DNA from: the human T2T-CHM13v2.0 reference genome, Homo sapiens
Strand: one strand, 5' to 3'
DNA length: 64,000 nt
NCBI RefSeq assembly: GCF_009914755.1
Contig: NC_060925.1
Both the position numbers and the translations under genes were made by a program. Positions 47,071-60,600 of the stretch are shown here, piece by piece. The first letter of the stretch is position 1. Each line of letters starts with the position of its first letter. The notes below the pieces were generated by a model. The model had not been told where the DNA came from. It did not search any database and was given only the letters and a program-made list of their open reading frames with translations.

Positions 47071-48429
47071 TTCAGAGAATTGTTTATGATCAATAGATTG
47101 TTCCCTTTATTCCAGTTGTCTTCCCTTGATGTCCACTTAACATTCCATAATAAATGGACAAATGGAAAAGCACAATTACTCTGCCAAAAGTCAGTCAACA
47201 TTCTCCCAGGACACTCAGCCATCTAACTTGAAAACTGACTGGTAATAATATCATTCTAATTACTTTAACTAGAAATTTGTTATACAGAAATGCTTTCAGT
47301 GTGGGGAAAGAAAAATCACTTGCCACTTATAGAAAGAATTCTGCTTCATGTGACCATTTGCAATAATGAAACAAGTAAGACAACACTGGGTTCCAGTGTA
47401 CAGCACAAGGATCAAGGCGAAACATAATGCTTTCATTACGTAAGAATAGGACTGACATTATTCTGGCTTTCCCCTACCCTTCATCATTTACCAATATTTT
47501 TTCAGTCTCAGGAATTTTTCAACCCCTGAAACTCCTAGATTTACTACTCAAGACACAGCTATCCATCTTGAGGCTTTCTGCCAATGGCTCTAGTGCTTCT
47601 ATTTCAACAGCTTATAGATTTGAAAGCTGGAAAGAGAGATATGTAAACAAATTCTCTAACTTTGATCTATGCACCCAGGTTTCTCAAAAGAAGCCCTTGG
47701 AGAGTCTGGGGTATACTAAGTGTATGACTTGCAGTTGTAATCATTAGAGTGACAACCCATTTCCAGTGGGTACCGTTTTAGCCAACCCAAACCTTTCTTT
47801 TCCTAATGCATAGAGTGACTTTTTAAAAAATGGTATATTTGGGAAAGTATTTTAGAATGGCATGTTAACAAAACAAAAACACTCTAGAATATATTTTCAA
47901 ATAACAGAACTTGGCCTTACCAAGAGGTCTAATACCATCAGGTAAATAATCATTTTTATCAGTGATTCATAATACATCCAGACTCTAAATGTTAAGGCTG
48001 ACTTTTTTCTGACACTCTTCTCTGCCTATTCATACTCCATTTCCTAACTCCTTTAGAGTAAAAATTGAAATCCCATATCCCTAACAACTAGACAGAAGCA
48101 TCATGTTTACATCCTGACAAATTCATTAATTCTGTACCTCTGAAATATTTAGCAAAAAGCCAGCACTGACTCAATCATAGATTTCCACAGACAGGTCTGT
48201 TCATATTTGTAATTGGTATTCACTGAAAGGTCAATGACTCCTGTTCCCAAGTATCTATGAGTCTCTAGATTTTCTTAATTGGCCTCTTTTCCTCAGCTCT
48301 TACAGACTATTGTTTTAAAACTACCACCATTTAGAAGTTGAACTCCGAGTGAGGGGAAAAACAAACAAACAAGCAAACAAAAAAAACACTTTTTGATTCC
48401 CACTCCACTCATAATCAACATAACACAGA

Positions 48430-49535
48430 CTACTTCTGACCCAGATGTGATGGAAGGAGCGGGGCACAGAGTCGGGGGAGGTTTCTCCACACACCAAGCA
48501 AGCAATCAATCACTTCCACAGCAGACATCAGCTGGGTGTCCAAAAATTCAATTTTGACACCACTTACCTGGAAATAGCATCAAGTCTCATAGGTTGAAAG
48601 CTCAGTCCCATAAGACTGCTCCCCACTTCAGATGCCCATCGAAAAAACAGGTTGTGGCCTGTTATAAATACGCGTTCCCATGACCCTCCTCCTTAGGATT
48701 GATTGATTTGCTACAGAGGCTCACAGAACTCAGGGAAACACTTAACTTATGCACGTTATAAAGGATATGACAAAGGATACACATGAACAACCAGATAAAA
48801 GATTGATAGGGTAAGGCATGTGGTATGGCAGGGATCCCTGACCCTCTGGCAGCAGACAGGTACCAGTCAGTGGCCTGTTAGGAACTGAGCCATATAGTAG
48901 GGGGTAAGAGGTGGGTGAGCAAGTATTATAGCCTGAGTTCTGCCTCCTGTCAGATCAGCTGGCATTATATTCTCATAGGAGTGGGAACCCTATTGTGAAG
49001 TATTCATGCAAGGGATCTAGGCTGCATGCTCCTTATGAGAATCTAATGCCTGATGATCTGAAGCGGAACCATTTCATACCCAAACCATCCCCCATCCCCT
49101 CATCTGTGGAAAAAGTGTCTTCCATGAAACCGGTCCCTGGTGCCCAAAAAGTTGAGGATGGCTATGATAAGGCACAGAGCATCCCTGTCCTCTCTAGGGT
49201 GCCATGCTCCGGGAACCTCTGCAAGTTCAGCTGTCTGGAAGCTCCCAGAACCCAGTCCTTTTGAGTTTTTATGGAGGCTTCATTACCTAGGCATGACTGA
49301 TTACATTATTGGCCATAAGCGAGTGACTCAATCTTTAGGCCTCTTCCCTCCTGGCTGTTGGTGGGTGGGGCTGAAATTAGTTCCCCACCCTTCTAATCAT
49401 GCCTTGGTCTTTCAGGTGACCATTCTGAAGCTATCTGGGAGTCCCCAGCCATCAGTTGACTCATTAGCATGCAAAGAGGCATTCCTATCACTCAGGAGAT
49501 TCCAAGAATTTTAGAAGCTGTGTATCAGGAAATTT
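48430..49535. mobile_element. MER21-like LTR interrupted by MER1B
   Basis: MER21-like acaccaagcaagcaatcaat...cagctgggtgtcc sequence resumes after the MER1B insertion. Confidence 0.65.
48829..49165 (+). mobile_element. MER1B-like hAT-Charlie element
   Basis: Motifs tggcctgttaggaac, ctccttatgagaatctaatgcctgatgatctg and ccatgaaaccggtccctggtgcc. Confidence 0.8.
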
Positions 49536-50357
49536 ATTACTATAAAGTACCTTATAATGCCATCATTTTTCTCCCAAAGGCACTGGCTTGATTAAATTCA
49601 GAAATTAAAACAATGGCCAGCTTCTATAGTGTAAGTCAATGCTTTTCTAGTTTTCTGAGGGTTTGGAAACTCAAATCCTAGCTAAAACCTGTATCACTTT
49701 TAAATTGAAAAATTTAAAGGGAATAAACATTTAACCCCAAGTGACTAGAAGTCATTTAAAATATGTAGTACTTAGATTATTTTATCTACTCAAAGACTCT
49801 TCAAAAGTAGATGAAAACACTAACCAGATATATATTATAAACCCAAGCTTTAATTTCAGAGCCCAAACATGAAATCTCTTCTCATTGTTTGAAATCTGAA
49901 ACTCATTTCAAAGACTGCCACGAAAAGTTAAAAAAAAAAAAATGGATTGGTCTTGACTTTTCCTTACATATGAAGTAATATTGTTACAGGTGAATCTCTG
50001 ATAAGCAGGAAGCCATCATGTGTAATAGGATCTTGTTTGCCACACTCCCAAACTCTTCTCTGAAGTCCTGTTCATTGCTGTCAGAAAGGAATCCAAAGTA
50101 ATGATAAACAATATAAAAAGTAGAGAGTCTCATGCATTCTTAATACCAAAATCAGAGAGAAATCTAGACCTGATGTGCCTGTTATACTAAAACATGTGTG
50201 TATATGTATATTGCTGAATATATATAACATAATATATATAATCTGTATAATCAATGCCTTGCTCAGTGTCCATAAGCAAAGGTAGAGAGGATAAATTTAA
50301 GGAAATGAATATTCCCACAAACACAACATGTAACTTCTCATATAATAGTTAGCAGCT

Positions 50358-50638
50358 GGCCAGGCATGGTAGCTCACGCCTGTAATCCCCGCATTTTGGG
50401 AGGCCGAGGCGGGCGGATCACAAGGTCAGGAGATCGAGACCATCCTGGCTAACACGGTGAAACCTCATCTCTACTAAAAATACAAAAAAATTAGCCGGGC
50501 GTGGTGGCAGGCGCCTGTAGTCCCAGCTGCTAGGGGAGGCTGAGGCAGGAGAATGGCATGAACCCGGGATCGTGCCACTGCACTCCAGCCTGGGGGACAG
50601 AGCAAGACTCCATCTCCAAAAAAAAAAAAAAAAAAAAA
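50358..50638 (+). mobile_element. Alu (AluY-like) with a short internal deletion in the right arm
   Basis: Diagnostic gagatcgagaccatcctggctaacacggtg; aacccggga joins directly to tcgtgccactg; ttagcagc TSD. Confidence 0.93.
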
Positions 50639-52369
50639 ATTAGCAGCCAAAATGTGTTGCTGCTACTCATGAAAAGTATTTTTTGGTGTGGTTTTCTTGA
50701 TAGCTCTATTAAGAAAGTTATTTTATACATTTATCAAATGAATAATTAGTGGTCCATCTTGTTAACTTTTTAGTATGCCCCCTATTAAGTGCTAGTTCTC
50801 ATGTTATAAGAAAATTAAGGATTATTTTTAAGTCAGAAAGCTTGAGTACAGTATTTTTGTAGATGAAGATAAAATATTTTAAAGCATGAAGATGTACATG
50901 AGAAAAAAATAAGACATTAATATTTATATATAGAAATGTTTTAAAGCTTTGCCAACATGGGCATTTTTGTTGTTTAGGATTAGTATTTGCTGGGAAGTAA
51001 TTCATCTGTGAAATTATTTAACATGTAGAATTATTTCTTAGTTTCTGGTTTGGGAGAAATGCTCAAGAGTTGAGCTTAAAATCATTTTATTCACACTGCT
51101 AAAGCTGAAAAATGTAAACAGGGAGCTTTCAATACATTTCAAATGAGTTTGGAGAATTCTAAAATATTCAATCCATTTATAATGAATACAAAACATCATT
51201 AGAAACTGGCAAAAAAAAAAGTAGCTAAAAGTAGTCGAGTTATTTCACATTACTGGGAAAGTTTCTTTTAAAAAGTTCAGTTATAAATAACATTCACTAA
51301 ACATATTTATCCTTTTTTCAATTTTGGTGGTATAATTTTAGAAATTTATCGTTGACTTTTAAAATTTCACCTAAACTTACCTGAGGCTCTGCATTATGTT
51401 ACTCAATGATTCTGATGCCAAGTTTTGAAATCAAATTATAGGCCAGTCACCTTCAGTGATGTAAAAGGTAGAACCACAAGATAATCCAGCACTTTCCTCA
51501 CAACCTGAAAACGGAACCTGTGGCAAGTACCTGCCCAAGTGTCAGACTATGCTCTAAACAACTGCCTGTCATGTAACAGGCTGCTCGAAAGCAGCAACAT
51601 ACTACTCCTATAGTCAATTCTTAACTTCTTAACCACAATTTCATCAGTGTAAAAAATATAGGAGCAGTGGGGACCAGACTTACATATACTGAAATGTTAA
51701 ACAACAGAACTCTTATTTTGAAGTGTGGGAGGGGAGGAAGCACCTCAATCAGTTGCTTTATGTTCCTTTTAGTGGCAGAAGAATGATACAATCCAGTATT
51801 TTCATCCACAGCTCCCTAAACACAAAGCTGTGGATTTCATAAATGTAAATATACTGCGTAATCTGCCCACTGGGAGTTCATAGTTTAGTAAGGACTCAGA
51901 GAAGACAATTTCACTGTGCAGAACACAAGGCTGATAAAGTAAACATCACAAGGCCAGTAATGAAGAATGCGTAAGGAAAGACAGATTATATCCAGGAAGG
52001 AATGAGGACGGGAGATAATATAGAAAATACCTAGGAAGGCTCCAGGGGAATGTAAAATTTGGGATGTTGTGAAGAATGAGTAGGTTTATCTGGGAGGAGC
52101 CCTTCATTTGTGAGAAGAGGAATCACAAGAGAGGAAGAGGCAGGCAGGATCAATATCAGCGAAGACGCAAAGGGAGAAACTCTCTGGATGTGTTTACAGG
52201 GCAGGAAACTACTCCTTTTGAGGATGCAGAGAATGGTTACTGGCCAGCAGTGAGGAAGGAGGCTAGAAAGAAGCCTTGAGCCAGGAAGCGAGAGGACTCT
52301 GAACACCGAGTCTTATTTGTTAGTCACTGAAGATGTTTTGAGCAAGGAAATGATAAATTAAAGCTAAAA

Positions 52370-53020
52370 GAGTCTCCTCCTTATCAGAGGTTTCACCTTC
52401 AGTGGTTTCAGTTAGCAGAGGTCAATCACAGTGTAAAAATATTAGATGAAAAATTCCAGAAATAATTCTTAAGTTATAAATTGTGCACTGTTCTGAGTAG
52501 CATCATGAAATCTTGTGCTGTCCCCTGATAAGAATCACCCCTCTGTCCAGCATCTCCCTGCTCCTGCCTGTTAGTCACTTAGCAGCCATCTAGGTTACTA
52601 GATCAACTGCTGTGTATTACAGTACTTGTGTGCAAGTCATCCTTATTTTCTCTCATTGCCCCAAGGTGCAAGAGTAGGGATGCTGGCATTTCAGATGTGC
52701 TAAAGAGATAAGTCAAGTGCTTCCTTTAAGAAGATGAAAGTTCTCAACTTAAAAGAAAAAAAAATCTTATGCTGAGGTTGCTAAGATCTACAATAAGAAT
52801 GAATCTTCTGTCCTTAAAATTGTGAACAGTATATTTTTTCTTTCATTATTAATTATTGTTGTTATCTTTTACTGCACCTAATTTATAATTTAAACTTTAT
52901 TCTAAGTATGTATATATGTATAGGAAGACACATCATGTATGTATATAGGGTTCAGTACCGTGATTTTAGGCACTGGGTGGTCTTAGAACATATCCCCTGT
53001 GGATAAGGAAGACTTACCTC
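52370..53020. mobile_element. MER44-like Tigger element
   Basis: ccttatc...gataagg terminal inverted repeat remnants; internal aaaattccagaaataa and tgctgaggttgctaagatcta. Confidence 0.7.
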
Positions 53021-53160
53021 TACCACGTGCTTCTTTTATAAAGACTAATCTCACTAACCAAGGTGTAGAAGTAAGAATTGGAAAAATGGCTGAATTTCAG
53101 CAATAAGGATAAATATAATTGGATAATTGTAATAGCTACTTTTAATTTTTAACTGTTTTA

Positions 53161-53472
<312 letters not shown>

Positions 53473-53744
53473 CTAAAAGTTTTACATAAACTAATTTATT
53501 CCTTAGAGTGAGTTGGTTAATTAGGCATTATTATCCATATTTTACAAGGGAGGAAACTGGCTAAGAGCGGTTCTGTAACTTCCCCAATACTGCAGAGCTT
53601 TTAAAAAGTGGCACAAGGATTTAAACCCATTGCTGTAGGACTCCTAAGTCCATGCTCTTAAAAAACTTTCTATCTTACCCCCTAATCTAGATATAAATCA
53701 GGGATCACATTTCAAATGAAACTGTGACTCCATTGAAAAGTATG

Positions 53745-54561
<817 letters not shown>

Positions 54562-55759
54562 GTCAGTAGACAGTAATTATTTATTATTACAGGGTAAATC
54601 TTTTTCTTTATACTTGGAGCTAGAAGTAGGGATCTGTCTAGGAGAGATTATACCTGAAATAACCACAACCAGCCCAAATAACAGAATACCACGTCCTTTA
54701 CCTTTCCACCCAAACATACATAAATCAGGTAATCTACCTATCTCATCCTCCCATGGCTCTTCTTGTTGTCCTTATTCTCCTTTGCTTGAATGCATTCTTA
54801 GGAATAGAAATGCTAAAACCCAAACCTGCAGGTTTCAAAAAAAAATTTTTAGACATACAGTTTTGAATCTCATAGCAAACTCTTTCCTTCCCAAGGCTCC
54901 TCACATTACATTGTGTATTCTTATTATAGCACATAACATGTTTTTTCTTATTTGTAGGTTTAAGTGTCTGTTTTCCAGGCACCCTCTTCCCTAACCCGTT
55001 ACAAGAATCATGTCTCGTGTGATCTTATATCCCCAGTACTGAGTGTTCGTATGGCTGGGACTTAATAAAGTTTAAATGAACTCATGAATAAATGTGTTGC
55101 ACAACCAATGAGTGAGTGAGTGAACAAGTGAGTCAATAAGCAAGAGTTTAGGGACATGGGAACCACCACTTAAAAGCTTGAGGCTGTTGTGCAAATTTGG
55201 ACCTTCATATAAGCCATTTCCTTCTATATAGAATGCTCTTTCTTTTGCTCACCCTCACCTCCTCACCAGGCTTTTCTCTCTTTAACATTCACCTCAAAGA
55301 GCTGTCTGATTGCCTCTCTACAACTCTCCCCGCCAACACACACCCACACACCCTACCAGGGAAGTCTTCCTTTTCTCTGCTGTGAAGCCTTTTCTTTAAG
55401 TTTCCATATCCTCCTGGGCATAACTTGGTCACAGCACCCAGCATACCACACTGTAATGATTAGTTATTTGCCTGTCATTTCCACTTAGCCGTAAGTTCCT
55501 TAAAGGACAGCATATTCAGCTAACAGCAGAATGCCTAGCAGTGGTAGGCACTCAAAAACAGTTTAAAATAATGGGCAAGAGAATGAATGAATGAGAAAAA
55601 GAAAACTGTATCTAGAAAATTATCTCAGCACAATCTATTTATTTCAGGTAAGCTATCAGTCAGGTATACATAGTGCTCCAACTCCTAAACAGAGTAAAAA
55701 TAATTGTACATCAAGATTATTACAGATACATGAAAATCATATTTAGAAATAGTACTTCA

Positions 55760-56575
<816 letters not shown>

Positions 56576-56820
56576 TCAATCTATGGACAGGCCCTAGACA
56601 GAGCTGCCTTTAACACATCTTTTTCCCTTTCCCTCACATCCTTGATCCCATCTCAGTCAAAAAGGAAAAAACAAAAAGTTTTCTTACTTCTCAGCCTAAG
56701 ATTCCTGATACTGTCCCCAGATGCCATACATGTATTGGCCTCCCAGAAATCACCCAGTGATTTTCTCCCCATGAAAAGTTTATATGTCTCATGCCCTCAG
56801 AGTTTTTAACTGCAAATAAG

Positions 56821-56822
<2 letters not shown>

Positions 56823-56861
<39 letters not shown>

Positions 56862-56871
56862 GAAAAAAAAA
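56823..56871. repeat. Long poly(A) tract not attached to an Alu
   Basis: About 38 A, then CG, then A9. Confidence 0.9.
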
Positions 56872-57372
56872 CCTGGTTTGGTGGGGAAATGGGTGCTCAT
56901 GGGTTGGCATTTCCATTTTGGTAGGCATCTTTTTCTAAGGCCATAGCTTTACTCAAAGCCCAGTGGAAAAAGACATTTAAAAAAAAATAAAAACCTTTCA
57001 GGAACCCTCAAGTCACTCCATTGGGGTGAACTCCCCTGTGACACTAGAGAGGTGGTGAAGCTTGGTGGTTAGGGCAGTTTTCTGAGTCAGAAATCTCAGC
57101 TTTTCCACTCTCTAGTCTTCAGATCATGAGTAACCTCACTGGTGCCCAAGTGTTCCATCTGTAAAATGAAATAATAAGACTACCTCAAGGAACCTGGTGG
57201 GAAGATTAAATGGGTTAATACAGGTAAAGTACACAGAAAGTGCCTGGGAAGTAGTCAATAATTGTTTGCTATTACTATTACCATTTTTACTTTTATTAGA
57301 ATTGGCTCAAAAAGAACCCAAAGAGGGCAATGCTCAAAGGGAAGAAAGGGATGAGAGGAGAGTACACTTAAC

Positions 57373-57645
57373 TGATTTGGTTGTTTAGCTTGAAGGCAAT
57401 GTCCAGCTGCAGGATAAACAGCATGAATTGGAACCAAGGACTCATCTCCATGTGGGGGAGGGGAATGTGAACAGAAAACACGATGTCATTGGCTTCAATT
57501 TCCCTTGGAATTGCCTCTTCAATGTCTCGGATCTTGTCACAATGATTGGGTCCCCAAGGCACGAACCATTTTGTCTTGTGATGGTTCTTACGGGCATCCA
57601 CACATTTCACCGACATGTAGGACACTGCCGTTGTGGGCCCTGGAG
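57373..57645 (-). CDS. WLS: WLS coding exon 2 (273 nt, phase 1-1): APGPTTAVSYMSVKC...DIAFKLNNQI
   Basis: Acceptor ctcttttcag|CTCCAGGG, donor ATCA|gttaag; lies within ORF 57368..57682. Confidence 0.97.
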
Positions 57646-60600
57646 CTGAAAAGAGAAAGTTTGTCTGTTTTAGAAAAGCCATCTATTGAAACTACTGTTT
57701 CTGGTTAATATTCTTTCCACTGCTGTGTTCCCTCCAGCTTTTGTATCGCCTTCTACAAGTGGGGCTCAGCAATACTTAGGGATCTTCCAAATCTGGGTGA
57801 GGATCTTTCACTGACCTCCAGAGGTGTCATAACAGTATCTCTGAGAACCTTCCCATTATGTTTTCAATTGCTGTGAAAGAATACATTTGTAACCAGTCTA
57901 GTTATACTTCCCCACTTCAAAACAATGTCACAAAAAATCAACTGTGCTACAGTTCCCACCTGATTGAGGTCTTGGAGAGCTCTGGTGCTTCATAGAGAAC
58001 AGTATCTAAAGTCAGAAGACCTTAGTCTTCAAACCTGGATTCGAAGCCTGGTTAAAAACCTACTGTCAGTGAATCTTGGGTAAGTCAGTTAAATCTGTAA
58101 TAGCTTCAGGACCCTCATCTGAGAAACGGAAGAGTTTCTAAGATTCCTTTTGGCTCTAAAATTGTACAACATTGCTTTTGCTTAAGATAAAGAACTAGGG
58201 GACACCAGTTAGCTTGGTACCTAGCAGAGAATGGGAACTCAAACACTGACTGATACTTCAAAAGTGTACTAAAATATAAACGATGCACTTCAAGACAGCA
58301 AAGCAACTTTGAAATGTGTAACTTTAAAAACACTATTTTGTGATTATATAATGGTTATATGATTATAATATTAATAACTTGGAAAATACAGAAATTTTAA
58401 GTTCAAAACAACATTTACCCAAAATCCCACTAGAGGGAAGTAACCACTGTTGGAAAATGTCAAAATGCCATCTGTCTTTTCTATGACTGTGTAATTAGAT
58501 AAAAAGTTTACACATGAATTAAATTGTGTAACTTTAAAATATACGCAAATATTAACACATATTTATAAAATAGTTATATCATGCATAGTTTTGTAGTCTT
58601 TTCTTTTTATTCACTTAGAAAAGCAGAGTATTGTGTGATAACACCAGCTCTGGAGGCGACCTGTCTGGTGTCAAATCCTGGCTCTCTCATTTTTAGTTGT
58701 GTCACCACAAATCCACACTAGGAAAGTTTTGGGCAAATTACTAAGCCTATCTCTGTATCGGTTTTATCATCTCTTAGATGGCAATAATAATAGTACTGAT
58801 CTTTCCAAGTCACTGCATATTTTAAACAAGTTAACATATGAAAGCACTCAGAGTAGTGCTTGGGCACACACAAAGTATAAAATATTAGCCATTATATCAT
58901 ATTTTCTTTATAATTAAAATCTTTCAGTTAGTAGTTGCAAAATAGTCAATCACACAATACACCAAAATCAACTTCTCCTTCATCAGTTTGTAAAGGCTAT
59001 CTATAAGAATAATCCTTTGCCTAATATGTTTTGTTGGAAATTTCTCCTAAACTTTCCATCTGCTATCTAAATTTGTTTATGCACATTTAAATAGAGAAGT
59101 TCCAGATCTTATATGGAATCCCTCTTTTATGTTTTTCCCCCCATGCTTTTGTGTTTAGAGAAACTGACCTTCTTCATCTCAAAATTCAATAGTCATCTAT
59201 ATTGACTTCTATTTATTTTTTGCAATTTCATTTTTTCTAATATTTAAACAGTTGATCCATCTGAAAATTGCTATAAGAGATGCAGTGAGGTTCTAGTTTT
59301 ATTTCTTAAATATTTAAATTATAGTTGATTGAACAGACCCTCCCTTTTGTTGATTTATCATATCACTGTTAATCTTTATGTATGTAAGCATGTTTCTGAA
59401 CATCTGTTCTTTTCCATGCATTAAACTGTCAATTCACGGGTCAGCACAACATTGCTTTGAATTTTATAAATTTATTATTTTTATCAATATCTGCTAGAGT
59501 AACTCTCTTCCCCAATCCATTTCAAATTTACATCTTTTTGCTAGGATATTGAAGATTAAATTAAATTTATAAATAATAAATATATAATAATAAATTAATG
59601 TGGACAGAATTAGCATCCTTCCCCAGCGTTTAGTTTTCCCATCCAAGAACAGTACTTGTTTCTCCATTGTCTACAATCTGTTTTTAAATTTCTTGGAAAA
59701 CTTTCATTGTTTTCTTTATGTGGGTCCTACTAGTATATTTTAAAATAGATACATCTATAAACCTTTGAAAGTTAGTAGTTAAAAGAAAGTGTCATCAATT
59801 ATGGTTTATGTGTGTGGTTTAAATATGTGTATTTCTGTGCATCTGATACTTGGTATATTATGTTTGCAGAAATTCTCTCTTATTTAATAGAGATCAGATA
59901 GCAATGGAGAAACATGAAAAGCAAAAAGAAAGTTATATAACGGGAAAAATGTGTATTATTAATATTCTGCCCTACTTCTAATGTTCAAATCCACATTATT
60001 TTTCTATTCTATTAAATATCTATTTTAATGATACATTTTTAGTAAAATGTTATGTTTGTAAGAAGTTAGGACAATGCCTATTAATACTTACCAGAAAACT
60101 CAACACTACTAAGCTCTAGCTGAACATCCTTCATGTAGAAGGCTGAACACTGCAATACAAGTTGCCACTAACCCCTGCTACAGACGTTTTTCTTTAAAAC
60201 TCAAAACTGTATCACGAAGACCTCACATCTAATCCATCTAAAATCAGACATCTGACTTATTCTTAGAAATATGAGTCAATCAAACTTTGGTTATCCTGAC
60301 TCAGCTAAATAGCCCACTGACATTAGAAAAGCCAAATGGCACATTTAACTGAACCCTTTTTAATGTGGTTGGAGAAATAAACAGTGAGACAAAAGTCATG
60401 AATTCTATTTTCGGCTAACATACTCAAACTGACTATTTGCTGCAGAAAATAGTTACTACATTTTAAAACTTCTATTCTTCCAAAATGAACCTAACCTTTT
60501 TTTCTTTATTTTTTACCTTCTTGAAAAACAAGTCTCTCACTTCTCAGGCCAAAACGAAAAATAACTAGCTGAGTTCCTCAGCTAAGCTCCAAAACCACAT

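Noticed and set aside
58400-59760. AT-rich segment, probably old L1M/MIR debris
   Set aside because: Too degenerate to assign a family or boundaries by eye.
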